A program made the position numbers and the translations under genes. DNA of 62,665 nucleotides, the filler included, from Dugesia japonica (Eukaryota): NCBI GenBank assembly GCA_001938525.1. It is 6 parts of 6 records of this genome, joined end to end, with 100 filler letters (N's around TTAATTAATTAA, not from the genome) between each part and the next. Parts side by side here need not be neighbours in the genome. Positions count along the whole stretch, not along the records: positions 19,653 to 30,310 come from MQRL01556791.1; positions 30,411 to 43,257 come from MQRL01225774.1; 4 more parts are not named here. One strand, 5' to 3'. The notes beneath the pieces were generated by a model, which was not told the origin of the DNA, ran no database searches, and was given only the letters and a program-made list of their open reading frames with translations. Below, in pieces: positions 24,880-36,880 of this stretch; the first letter of the stretch is position 1; the number at the start of each line of letters is the position of its first letter.

Positions 24880-27800
24880 ATAAAATAATAAATAATAAAT
24901 ATTCTACTTAACATAAAAATTTATAAAATATTTTAAAAATATCGACTTTTTTAATTCAATGAAATATTTCCTTTTACATAAAAATTTCATAAAATATTTT
25001 ACTTGATAATTTCATTAAATAAATTAAAAATATCGATTTAATTTTATGGAATATTTTATTTTACATGTTTTAAAAATAAATTTTAATATTATATATAAAA
25101 AAATTAAAGAAGGATTTCTCAAATATTTAAATCTTTGAATAATTCTTATATCCCCTCTTTAAAATATTTTTTAATCTTTTCCACATTTCTTTCAATCATC
25201 TTGCCTTCTGTACACTTCAGCAGGTATCGTCTTTCATGAATCTGATTTATCACCTCGTATGGACCTGTATATCTTTCTTTGTTTTTTTTATCTGTTTTCT
25301 ACTTTGGAAATGTCTCTTTGTTGGTGTCAACTCTCCGGATTCTTCATTCTTTACTCCATTATTGAACCATATTTCTCTATGTATTTTCTTTCCGAATATC
25401 ACTTCTGCTAGACTTATCCCCAAAGTCGTTTGGCTTGTTCCATTTAGTGTTTATTCAGTTTCTGTTATTAACTCTGCTCAATTTTTATTCTTTTTATCTT
25501 TTAATGTTGCATTGATGTAATCTCTGATCGTTCTGTATTGTCTCTTTACTATTTCGTTTGTATTATGATGATATGGGCTTGGAAAGCAAATTTTTATATT
25601 CCTTGAATCTTTCATCTCTTTGAAGGCTTTCGATTCCAAAGTCTTCCCACAATCTACATGTATCTCTTTTTNNNNNNNNNNNNNNNNNNNNNNNNNNNNN
25701 NNNNNNNNNNNNNNNNNNNNNNNNNCATCTTGTTTAACTAGGGCTGTTAAGCATATGTATCTGCTAGAATTTATCTATTATGGGACATATATATCATTTT
25801 CTTCCTAAGGTTTTTATTGAATGGCCCACAGATATTGATATAAATACTTTCAAATGGTTCATTACCTTTTAATTTTATAGTTTCCTCCTTTGTTTTAACT
25901 GTTCTTACTTTGTTCATTTGTCATGCTGTACATTACTTAATTACTTTTGACACAGTTTCTCTCAAATCTTCCATATCATATTCATTTTTTAAATAATTTA
26001 TGACTTTTCCTGCGTGCCTGCGTGCATCAATAAATTATGCATTTCTTTTACCATTTAAATTTTCTTTTCTAACGGGATCCATATTTTGCTGTCTTTTGTT
26101 TTTATTATATCTTCTATAATTCGAAACTTTTTACATGTTTCAATTTTCATATCCTTCTTTATCAGTTCAATTTCTTCTACGTTACTTTTACCATTTATAT
26201 GTATCTGAGCCTGATAAACCATTAATTGTTCTTGTCTTTATTTTTCCTTCCTTTGGATTCTTATGATCTGTTAAGCATTGTACACACATACTACAATTCA
26301 TTCTCGACTGCATATCTGCATTCGTGTGTTTTGCATCTTGTCTAAATTCCAATACCATATCTAGGCTACTAAGAAAATTTATCCACGTCTGAAATTGCGG
26401 AGTAATTGGTTTGTTTGTAATTTTCATAAATGATATCGGCTTGTGATCTGTTCTCACCAAAAATCGTTTTCCATACAAATAATGTTTAAAATGGTTACGA
26501 AAATAGTAAATGGCCAATAATTCCTTTCTTGTTATACAATATCCTTTTTCATGAGCTGACATTGCACGTGACCCATATGCAATGACTTGTTATAAACCTT
26601 TTTCGTCTATTTGCGATAAAACTCGCATCTGCATCTAGTACAAACATCTTTTTGATATCAGGAAAACTCAATATCGGTGCTTTTGTTAATGCCTCTTTCA
26701 TNNNNNNNNNNNNNNNNNNNNNNNNNNNNNNNNNNNTTGTTACTTCCACAAAGCTCTTCTAATCTTCTAGCTTTCTTTGAGTAATTATTGATAAATCGAC
26801 TATAGTAATTGCATATTCCCAAAACGCTTCTCAAGTTCTTCACAAATTTAGGTCTTTTAAATTTTTATCGCTTCAAATTTTGTTGGATCATTCCATTCTT
26901 GTCTATGACGTGTCCTAAAAATTTTACTTCTGCTTGCAATAAATGACATTTTTTTGGATAAATTTTCAATCCTTATTCATGAATTCCTTTAAAAACTTGG
27001 TCTAAAATTCTAAAGTGCTGCTCTAAATTTTCTGAAAATATCAATGTATCATCCATGTATACCATTGTTCCTCTCTATCTTCCCAATACTTTTGTCATTA
27101 ATTCTTGAAACGTTCCAGGTNNNNNNNNNNNNNNNNNNNNNNNNNNNNNNNNNNNNNNNNNNNNNNNNNNNNNNNNNNNNNNNNNNNNNNNNNNNNNNNN
27201 NNNNNNNNNNNNNNNNNNNNNNNNNNNNNNNNNNNNNNNNNATAATATTCATTACCCAAATCAATAGTACTAAAATATCTTGACCCACTCAAATTGTCTA
27301 GTATTTCCTCTACATTTGGCATCGGAAATGCCTGTTTTCCTTGATTGCATTCAGTTTTCTAAATTCTAGACATAATCTAACGTCTTTCCTTTTTTTCCAA
27401 ACACATATTAACGGAGTGTTCCATTGCGAATTACACTTTCTAATAATGCCATTGTCAAANAAATTATTGATAGCTTTATCGATCTTATTCTCTAAATGCA
27501 TTGTTTGTCTCCATGGTTTCGTATTTATTGGTTCTTTATTTGTGATTATTTGATGTTTTGCCATTGTTGCTCTGCCGATATTCCAAATATCTGCAATGAA
27601 TATTCTTTTATAAATAATTTTAACTTTCTTCAAGTTCTCGTTTGGCTTGTTAATCGATATTTATTGCTCTCTGTACTCTCTCTTCATCCGATGTACTGCG
27701 TTCATACTTTGCTTCTATATTACAAAGATACATTTCATTGGCCTCATATTTAGTCTCTCTCAGCAGTTTGAATCCAAGCTGTTTCTGTAATTCTATTACT

Positions 27801-28850
27801 CCTATTAGATTTGGATGTATCTGTTTCACGACAATTAATTTAATTAGTTTGCTTTTTTTTCTCGAATTGCATTTCTACTTTTATCGTATCTACTATTTCG
27901 AGCGGACTATTATTTACCTTATATTAAATTGTCGTCGCTTTTTAATATATTGGCTTTTCCCAATCTTTCCAAAATTCTCAAACTCATCACATTAACTNTT
28001 GCTCCAATCAATTTTTACGCCTTGTATTTCAACCGTTATACTTGATCTACCTAGCATCTTGTCATAACTTATCTCTTGTCGCTTTATCTGTTCTATCGTC
28101 AGAATTTCACTATCATCTTCTCCATTTATATCATTGATCATCTTTAGTTAGCCTTTAAACATTTCTTTCTTTAAAAACTTGTAAACCTTTTCTTTTACAT
28201 CATTGCACTCATCTACTCGTTTATCTTTGTTTCTTTTATTTGTATCATTATTTATACTACTTTTACTATAATTAACAATACTGCTATTTTTGGGATACTT
28301 AATTCATTGGGTATTCGTCTTTATAAATATTTGATCCTTCATTACAATAGTGGTCTTTGTCTTCTCTATATACACAATCTTTTCCATTTTCCTCAATTAA
28401 ATTAACGTGACTTCCATTCCTTCTTGTGTAGTTATTCGTATTATTTGAATAATATATTTTGTTGTCATTTCCGAATACTTTTCTGATCTGTTCACTTTNN
28501 NNNNNNNNNNNNNNNNNNNNNNNNNNNNNNNNNNNACAGTCCTCTGTGTGGTGACCTTTCTTGTTGCATCTTGAACAACTAACTTTGGTATAGTCTTTTC
28601 TTAAGTGTTGTTCAGATCCACAAGCATAACACTTTTTTTCTTTCTTGACAATTTCTGCTTACATGAGCTATTTTGTTACAGATCCAACACATATTTTCTC
28701 GTCTTTCGTTGTTTCTGTTCTGTTGCACTCCTACATTTCGACTTTTGTTGAAATTTGTTTCTTCAAGACATTGGCGAACTGCATCTCTGTAGTTACGAAC
28801 TACATTTATTTCTTCAGTTTTTACTTTGTTTATGATATCATCATATTCTT
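24880..28850 (-). mobile_element. Degraded Ty3/gypsy element (gag CCHC, RT, RNase H, IN, PPT, 3' LTR)
   Basis: CSRCNKKGHHTEDC (~28536-28580), IIRKCNSQWNTPL, YMDD (~27050), LDADASF, ELLAIYYF..TDHKP, SPYHHNTN. PPT AAAGAGGGGA at 25151-25160. Confidence 0.9.
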
Positions 28851-28859
28851 TAAATCAAT

Positions 28860-29830
28860 TAGCAACCACGAAATTCATTTAAAAACTAATCAAGAAATTC
28901 AGACGAAAGAAAATCTTAAAATTAATGAAACCAAAAGCAAATTCAGAATGACATCTGTTGATTTTCTTGGATTCAACATATCTTCACAAGGAGTAAAACC
29001 AGTCAAAACTCGTATAAATGTAATAATAGACTGTCCTTCACCAACCACTGGTGCCTCGCAAAGAAGATTTTTAGGAGCAGCTACATTCTACCAATGGATG
29101 ACTCCAAATCTCTCTGAAACAATGGTTCCTCTTCATAATCTGTTAGCATCATCGAACAATACTCACAGGAAGCTACTATGGACATTTGAGCATAAAAAGG
29201 CTTTCACATATATCAAAGCAGCACTAAATCGAATTACAAATATGACTACACCTGATTCAAATAAAAAGTTAATATTTTAAACGGACGCATCAAATATTGC
29301 AATTGGAACCAGTCTAAATCACGAAGTCAGCGACAAACTTGCACCTATCGCATTTTTCTCAAGAAAATTAAACAAGACAGAAAAAAGATATTCAACGTTT
29401 GACCGTAAACTCTTAACCATCTATCTATCCATCAAGAATTTCAAACATTTCAAGGCAGCGAATTCACAATTTTAACATATTACAAGCCTCTGCTATACAT
29501 TCAATCGATGAAAAACCCTACAAACAGGCAATAGCGTCATATTGAATTTATCAGCCAGTTCTCATTCCAGCTCAAATACGTGAAAAGATCAGAAAACGTC
29601 GTAGCTGACTTCTTATTCAGAATTCCAGAAGAACTATTTGAAGGCAAAATATTTTCAATAAGAACGGATGAATTGATCAAAGAACAACAATCAGACGCTT
29701 CACTCAGACAACATCACTCACTAAAAATAAAAAAGATCGACGGAATCTTGACAGATACTTCCACACAACCCAGAATTTTGCTACCAATCCGATACAGAAA
29801 TACTGAGTTTGACAGATTGCACCACATTAA
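28860..29830 (+). mobile_element. Second-family Ty3/gypsy pol fragment (RT thumb, RNase H, start of IN)
   Basis: VDFLGFNISSQGVKP, RRFLGAATFY, TDASNIAIG, IAFFSRKLNKTEKRYSTFDR, ENVVADFL.R. Confidence 0.85.
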
Positions 29831-30057
29831 GTATTTTCCTTGTTTTACTAAACTTTATTGGAGACCACCAGTCGAGAATCAGTGATTTATAGAATTCATT
29901 TTAATGTAAAATATATTGTAAAATATATTATATATCTATTTTGTAAAATATAAGTAAATTCGATATTCATTTAATAAGTATTTCATTGTTATGTTAATTC
30001 TTCATTTTATTGATTTATTATTCAAAGAATATTTTTGCAAAACAAGTAAATACTATT

Positions 30058-30275
30058 AGTAGGGGGATAGTAGCGCATTAGCCCACTTTCATTTTAGCAG
30101 TTATCGAGGAGATCCCCCCGGTGTGGGGGGCTCGGAAACACATTACGAGTGGGCTATGTTTTTTTAACTATGATTTTTGTGTTAGTTTTTTTTTCTAAGA
30201 TTTTTGTGATCAAATATTTTTTGATCGGATCAAATTTTTTTTGATCGGATCAGTTTTTTTGATCCTGGTGGTTTG
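30058..30275 (+). mobile_element. Polinton-like terminus, copy 2
   Basis: AGTAGGGGGATAGTAGCGCA..GGAAACACATTACGA..TTCTAAGATTTTT..GATCGGATCAG is homologous to the reverse complement of 9320-9440. Confidence 0.65.
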
Positions 30276-30310
30276 GATCATCGCGTATATTAATTTCTAT
30301 ATTGTTTATA

Positions 30311-30410
30311 NNNNNNNNNNNNNNNNNNNNNNNNNNNNNNNNNNNNNNNNNNNNTTAATTAATTAANNNNNNNNNNNNNNNNNNNNNNNNNNNNNNNNNN
30401 NNNNNNNNNN
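30311..30410. other. Artificial scaffold linker
   Basis: N44-TTAATTAATTAA-N44. Confidence 0.97.
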
Positions 30411-30427
30411 ATAGAAATTGCATATCT

Positions 30428-30660
30428 AAGACGGGATACAGCATAGTCCCGCTGAATCCGTGAAAAGAAGGATCGGGTTACTAGAAAGAGTAGCACAAAC
30501 TTCTGTGGTTGCTAGGTGTCATCCCCCAGACAGAAAAAATATGCAGGAGAAGTAATTATGATCAAGAGATTAAAAATAAAGAACACTAAAATCAAATATT
30601 AAAACAACATCAAAAGCCTAGCAACCTAACAGGAATTTGGGGGGCTCAGCCGGCATCTCA
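30428..30660. repeat. Unclassified structured dispersed repeat, copy 2
   Basis: Homologous to 10340-10470; CGGGA..TCCCG hairpin. Confidence 0.7.
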
Positions 30661-32569
30661 TCATAAACTTATCTAAATAAAAATATCGGAATATTCAAAA
30701 TTATCACATTAAAAAAACACCAACACCACAGATTATATAGTTCAAGTTGATAACATCTTTAAATTGCCAGTGTCCTGCACGGGTTGGATAATCGGAGACG
30801 GAGGCATGTGGTGTGTTGTGATCGAGATGATGACCTTAATAAAATATTCTGTTATTAAGTATAACTATAAAATATATTCAAATAAAAATAACTGAAATTT
30901 TATGTTAATTTTAGCTTTTAACAAATATTTATAGAAAAAATCCACAAATGTATAAAAGGACTAAAAAAAGAAAATTACAAGAAACAGTTTTTTATTCTCT
31001 TAAAAACTTTTAGAAATTTTTTTTGTGTAATACGAATTTCAAGAGTTAATGCATATTGTAATATAATGCCTGTTTTTGTAATAATACTAATACAAAGAAA
31101 CAATCGGAAACTTTATGTAAATGAAATATGAAAAACTACATGAATACAAAAATGTATTTATCAATTTTGTGCAAATCAAAGAGAATATGACAATAAACAA
31201 GGAAGAGAAGATGATGATCAATTCAAGGATATAAATGTACAAATAAAAGTAGAAATTGATTTTTATAAAGTATTTAACACAATTTAGTATTTTAAAAATT
31301 TAATTAATATGCCTTCTTTTTCTTATTTTTTCAGCTTGTTTTTCTTAATGTGCTTAGGGAAGGTTCAACCACTACTAGACGACAAAACTGAATTTCAATA
31401 AAATTGTTAACATTATAAAAACGAAATATGAAGTATAGAAACTAATAAGAGCTCAGGATAAAATGAATTTTTAGGGGAAATGAGTGGATGATCTCGGATA
31501 GTAGTGAGAATTTGTGCATTGCTTATAATAATTATTTTGATATTTTAAATGATTTTATTTATCTATTAATATTTTAATGAATATTATTTAAAGCGATGTT
31601 CGCACTATGAGTAAAATTTTACTAAGTGAATTTCCGTAATAATTGAAAATTAATATTTTGGATTAAACAAGAAAGCAGTAATAATTTTTGTTATAAATTT
31701 GATGTAAAGTTTAGCAATAAATTAATTAAAATTTTAAATAATCGCAACCACGAATAATTGTTTTGTTTTTGATTATTAATTTAATGATTACGAATATAAT
31801 GAGCTAACATAAATAGTTCGGAGATATAATTTACTAGCACGGCAATTAACAGATGTCTGGTGGGTGATATTTTAAAATGATTTTATCTATTGATGGTTCG
31901 TTTTTTTTACTTAAAATTTTCATAAATGAATTCGAGCAAAAAATTGAATAATGATAATAAATAAGACTTCAAAACTAAAAATTACCTTGCGTTGAATTTC
32001 AAAAGGATAATTTTCAGAATAAAAAGATCATATGAAGAAGCTTCAAATTATAATAATATTTTGTGTCACAAAAACATTTTCTTCATTTTAATACTATTTA
32101 CTTTGTGAGTAGTTGACAGTTATATAATTTGTATAATTTTTGGGTGATTAAAACTTTGGATTTTTATTAGTGAAGATTGAGATAAAATAATTCAATTTTG
32201 AACATAATTATGTTAAGTTTATATTAAAATGATAATTTGTTTTGATTTATTAATATGAGAAATAATTAATGTACAAAATATTAAAAAAATCACTTAAAAC
32301 GTTGCAATCAATAATTCGATTAGAAATTCAAACATAAATCTGTCAGAATCAATAGCAAAATTTCATATAATCTGTTTTGTTTTAATTCGCAATTAAAATT
32401 TGCTCAATTATCAATTTGAGGCTATATCAAATCAGAAAACCATGTTCAGTAAAACATAATCATACCTTAAACATTATTTGAAAAATATTTTAAAATTTCT
32501 AATGAAATTATACCTAGAAAAATTGAAGTGCAATCAATTAAATCAATACAATACATTATTTCTCAATTA

Positions 32570-32910
32570 CAATCGATTCATATTATATTCCAAGTATTCC
32601 CTATCAAACCATAGAGCATATAAAACACCGGTTTTGCATGTTACGCAAGTGACATCATGATTATGATTCCGTATATGTTCCGAATGGTTTGATGGCTTTG
32701 TACCAACTTCATATAAATAAGATTAATGCATACACTGTAGATCGATGTTCAATAATTCAAAGCCTCCGTTGGTGTGAGTTTGTGCCAGGTTACTAAATGA
32801 AAAAACAATTAATTAATTTTTATAAATAGTAAAAATAGACTTACACGTTTTGCTACGTTATAAAATATACAAATGCTAAGCAGTTTAATAATAACTGCGA
32901 GGTGGAACAT
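32570..32910 (-). pseudogene. Possible decayed host gene: signal-peptide exon plus short-chain collagen C4-like domain
   Basis: Exon 32910-32845 MFHLAVIIKLLSICIFYNVAKR|GTAAGT; acceptor TTTTCATTTAG at 32793; downstream frame THTNGG..LQCMH*SYLYE..HNHDVTCVTC..REYLEYNM resembles HNHDVPCAVC..REY.GYLM. Exon phases do not join cleanly and there is an internal stop. Confidence 0.35.
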
Positions 32911-34589
32911 TTAAATATTTCGTTAAAACAAATCAAATATTTAGATATTAAATATTAAATATATTGAATGTTGAATATTAAATATCATTAAATTCTATAT
33001 TTTAAATTTATAGTTTTAAAAAAATATATAAAAATCATTTAAACTATTATAGTTTAGTATAGTTTAATAAAATTCAGATATTTCCATATTCTATTCGGTA
33101 AGTAACAATGCTAGCTAAAGATTTACTCTCATGTAAAGTTACTTCAACATAAAAACCTTAAAATATGGAAATCTAATTTTTACTCAATTGAAGAGAAGTA
33201 TGACATGAATTAAAGATATTGAATCGAGATTATTAGATTATTAAAATTATGCGGAAAGTGATAAAGTGAATAAAAAGTAAAGAGAGATATTTTTAAGAGA
33301 ATTTAAAGATTAACGAATAATTATTTCAAAGAAATTAAAGGAATAATGTAGAGAAGGATTAAAACGATATGAATGGTTAAATGATATGGAAATTATAAGG
33401 AATTAATGAAATAAATTGACTAAGTTGGGTAAGGGCCGCAAACATAATAACCAGAATTAATGGAGAAATTGAAACGATGAAAGGGATAATAATTTGAATA
33501 ATGACGAGTAGATGAAACAAGTAAAAGGAACCAAACGAATTAACGAATGAGTTAATGTAGATTCAAGGAGTAATCTGAAACATAATTAAATATAACCTAT
33601 ACTTATCAAGAAGTGTAGGATGGGTATCGGGACAGTCAACACAGATAGACCCAAGCGAGGTACTATCGAAATCTTAATCGACAAAGGGACGGAGAAGGGG
33701 ACTATGGCGTTATAAGAGGTTCTATGATTACTGTGGTGTCCAGCAGGAACTACTCACAGGAATATTTATTTTTTTAATTGAAATGTTTAGAGTTAGAAAC
33801 TATGAGAGAGAAATTGCAAGTGTATCGAAATATCAGAAGTGGGTTTGAAAGAAAACCTTGAGTTTGAAAGAAGACTCGAAGTAATCATAGATATTTGAAA
33901 GTACGTTATAACGGAATCGATTTTGGAAAATAGGGCCCGCAATCAGTAAGCTAGAATCCGAAGCCTGATCAACTTCCGAGAGGATAGCCCTAATTATTGT
34001 CTACTGACCAAGAAAAGGACGTTATTATTGACTAATGCTAAGAAATCTTCGAAGTAATTGTAGTGAAAGAAGATCTTCTGAAGATATGCTTGAGACTGAC
34101 TTCGAGCTCTACGGCTGTAGATAAGAAGTACTGCTCTAGAGAACTAACTACTGTGGATAGTTCTCAGGCCGAAAGAATCACGATACAAGATTTATCTAGT
34201 AAAGATCAGTCAAGATTCACAAGGAATCAATGAAGGTGTCGGCAAAGTTCAAGCATCCGTTAATGACAGGTTGACCGCCTGCTGCACTCAGGTTGGCGTG
34301 GATTTGCTTTGAAATCCATTCCCTACAGCTATCTGCTCATAGCTCTACAGAATTTTAATTAAAAAGTGAAACAGTCCTAGTAGAATCAGTCGAAAGTGAT
34401 TCGGAGAAACTTGTGATTATTGTATTTCATTTTTGTTGACTAGAAGGTACACCAGTTGCCAAAATTGGAATCAGTTTAACGAGAGATAGAAACCCCGGAG
34501 AGTTTCAACGGTAATTTCATATCCGAGCAGCACGGATATTACAAATCAGTGAAATTTCACATTTTACTGAGATGCTTCACATTAAAGAG

Positions 34590-34805
34590 TAGATTGGAGC
34601 TGAACCAGATAAAATAGACTCGCAGCTACTCTTGACACATTAGTTGGAGAGCCTGGAACTGAATTGAAATAGACTACCAGCTACTCCTGAAATAGGAAAC
34701 TGTCGATTTAAAGATAACCGAAGCTGAAAGAATAGACTATCGGCCACTTAGATATATTGAAGGATGGAAGCGATAATTGGAGGTGAATCTAAATAGCCTA
34801 CCGAT
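34590..34805 (+). repeat. Degenerate ~60-bp repeats in the leader of the gag-UBL-G element
   Basis: Four units containing GGA(G/A)CTGAA..AATAG(A/C)CTA..(C)AGCTACT. Confidence 0.55.
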
Positions 34806-35426
34806 TGCAAAAGAACTAACAGAATAATGTTAAACGATATTTTACCGTAATAATGACGAAATTTACAAAATAATTATAGTTAAGTATGAACTCATGATAT
34901 AGGATATTGGACAAATCGAGGAATAAAATTTAAATAATATACATCGTGAGAAGAGAAACAAGAAATAGAAAATGCAGAGCAGCAATCAGGAAAGATTGTA
35001 GAAATTTTGGAATAATAATTTTGTAGTAATAATGTGAAGTGATGATGGGATAAATATGGCCAAAGTAGAAATGAAAATAAAATAAGGTATGATGATTAAA
35101 GAGAAATGAAATCGAGTATAGATAAAAGTCAAATCGCGGGTAAAACCTAAGGAATTAAACGAGATAGATTGGTAGATAATGTATGCAATATGATATACAT
35201 GACTAATTAAAAGTGTGTAAAAATGTGAACTATGTGAACTAACAAAGTATAGGAATTAATAAATTAATAAATTGCGTAATAAATAATAAAAAGTATATGA
35301 ATAATAAATAATAATAAAGCGCATGTGTATTAAAATTAAACAAACTGCTAATAAGAACTAATGTTAAATGAATAAAGAAGTGATTTAGAGTTTAGAAGCC
35401 GGGAGACTATCATATTTTACTTTCAG

Positions 35427-36880
35427 GTTATTCAATAAATCAAACGATCAAGAACTCAATCAGCTAATTCATCATTGCGAATTCAGCAGACAGATACAAT
35501 CTACGAAATTCGACAAAAAACAAGAAATCTTATTCAAGTGATAAACCACATTCCGCAAAGAAAAGAAGAACAGCATCATTCAATCCACAAAACAGAAAAC
35601 TATTCGATCAATCATTCCTAACAGAATCAGGAACTCCATCAACTCCAACAAGATCTACAGATAATTTAACAGACCTAAACGAAACTAGCGAACCAGATTC
35701 AAATCCAATCGGCGATTCAAAATACAATTACAGTACAATATCATTGAGCCAATCGAATTCAGGAAGAACAAGCCCTACGACAACAGTGAGATCTGAAGAT
35801 ACCAGCGTGGAAACAATCTATCAACCATCAAGTCAATTAAACACGTGTAATAGTAACAGTCCAGAATCTAGTGACGAATCAATTATATCAGGAAACTAAA
35901 CGTATAACCAAGACACGACGATTAGTCCTATTGAGAAACCGAAGGACGACAGCCTAAGTGGAACTAAAGTTAAACATGGATCAGAATGGAAAACAGAGTT
36001 CAATGAAGAACATTATTCGAGCAACCCGGATAAATTAGAGAGTTTCATAGCGGCATACGAAATTCATAGAAAGACATGGAGATGGAGTGAGGAGAGAGCA
36101 GTAGAGCGATTGCCATTATATTTAAAAGAATCGGCGAAAACGATATATTGGAACAAAGCAAAACTAGTCAAAGATGGCGTAAAAACATGGAAGGATGCTT
36201 AAAAGATCTTAGAAGACAACTTCAAACCATTGACATTACAAGGAAACATTACATTGTCCAAGATTTTACAGCTAGACGACAGATGAAAGATGAATCTTTG
36301 CAAGCTTATGCAATAGAATTGTGGAGACTCGGAAAACTAGCCCTCGAAGACGAGGTGCAAGATAAACTAATTCTTGGAATATTTATTCTTGGAAGGTCTC
36401 AGAAACTCAGAAGTGCGAAAGTGGGTTAATTTAATGCAACCAGAAACGGTGGAACAAGCTATAAACTTAGCCGGAGTATCACAAAAAGTAGAAACTACGC
36501 CGAAACTAGCTAGTATCTTTAAAATTGAGGAGCAAGACTCAGGAGTGAAGAAGATCCCGAAGATAACGAATTGCATACCAGGAAATACGTAACCTTTGCT
36601 AAAATCATTGACTCCGGGACAGAAGACAATTGAAGAACTCAAGAAGAGGAGGTGGCAATAGACAAAATAATTGGCAACCAGCGAGTAATCAAAATTGCTT
36701 TAACTGTGGGGAATATGGACATATAGCCAGAGAATGTCGTTTAGTGTCATTAAGTTGTACATTATGCCAGAGAATAGGACATACAGCAGATCAATGTTAT
36801 ACATCAAAACCCATAGTATGTTATACTTGCAACAAACCGGGTCATACGAGTAGAAATTGCTTCAGGAATACGAGAGGGAG
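35427..36880 (+). pseudogene. gag: Ty3/gypsy-like Gag (capsid + three CCHC zinc knuckles), frameshifted
   Basis: LESFIAAYE..WRWSEERAVERLPLYLKESAKTIY, RRQMKDESLQAYAIELWRL, FLEGLRNSEVRKWV..PETVEQAINLA; CFNCGEYGHIAREC, CTLCQRIGHTADQC, CYTCNKPGHTSRNC. Confidence 0.9.

Noticed and set aside
30060-30165. tRNA/SINE or Pol III ncRNA gene
   Set aside because: No A/B boxes or cloverleaf; better explained as part of the Polinton-like terminus shared with 9320-9440.
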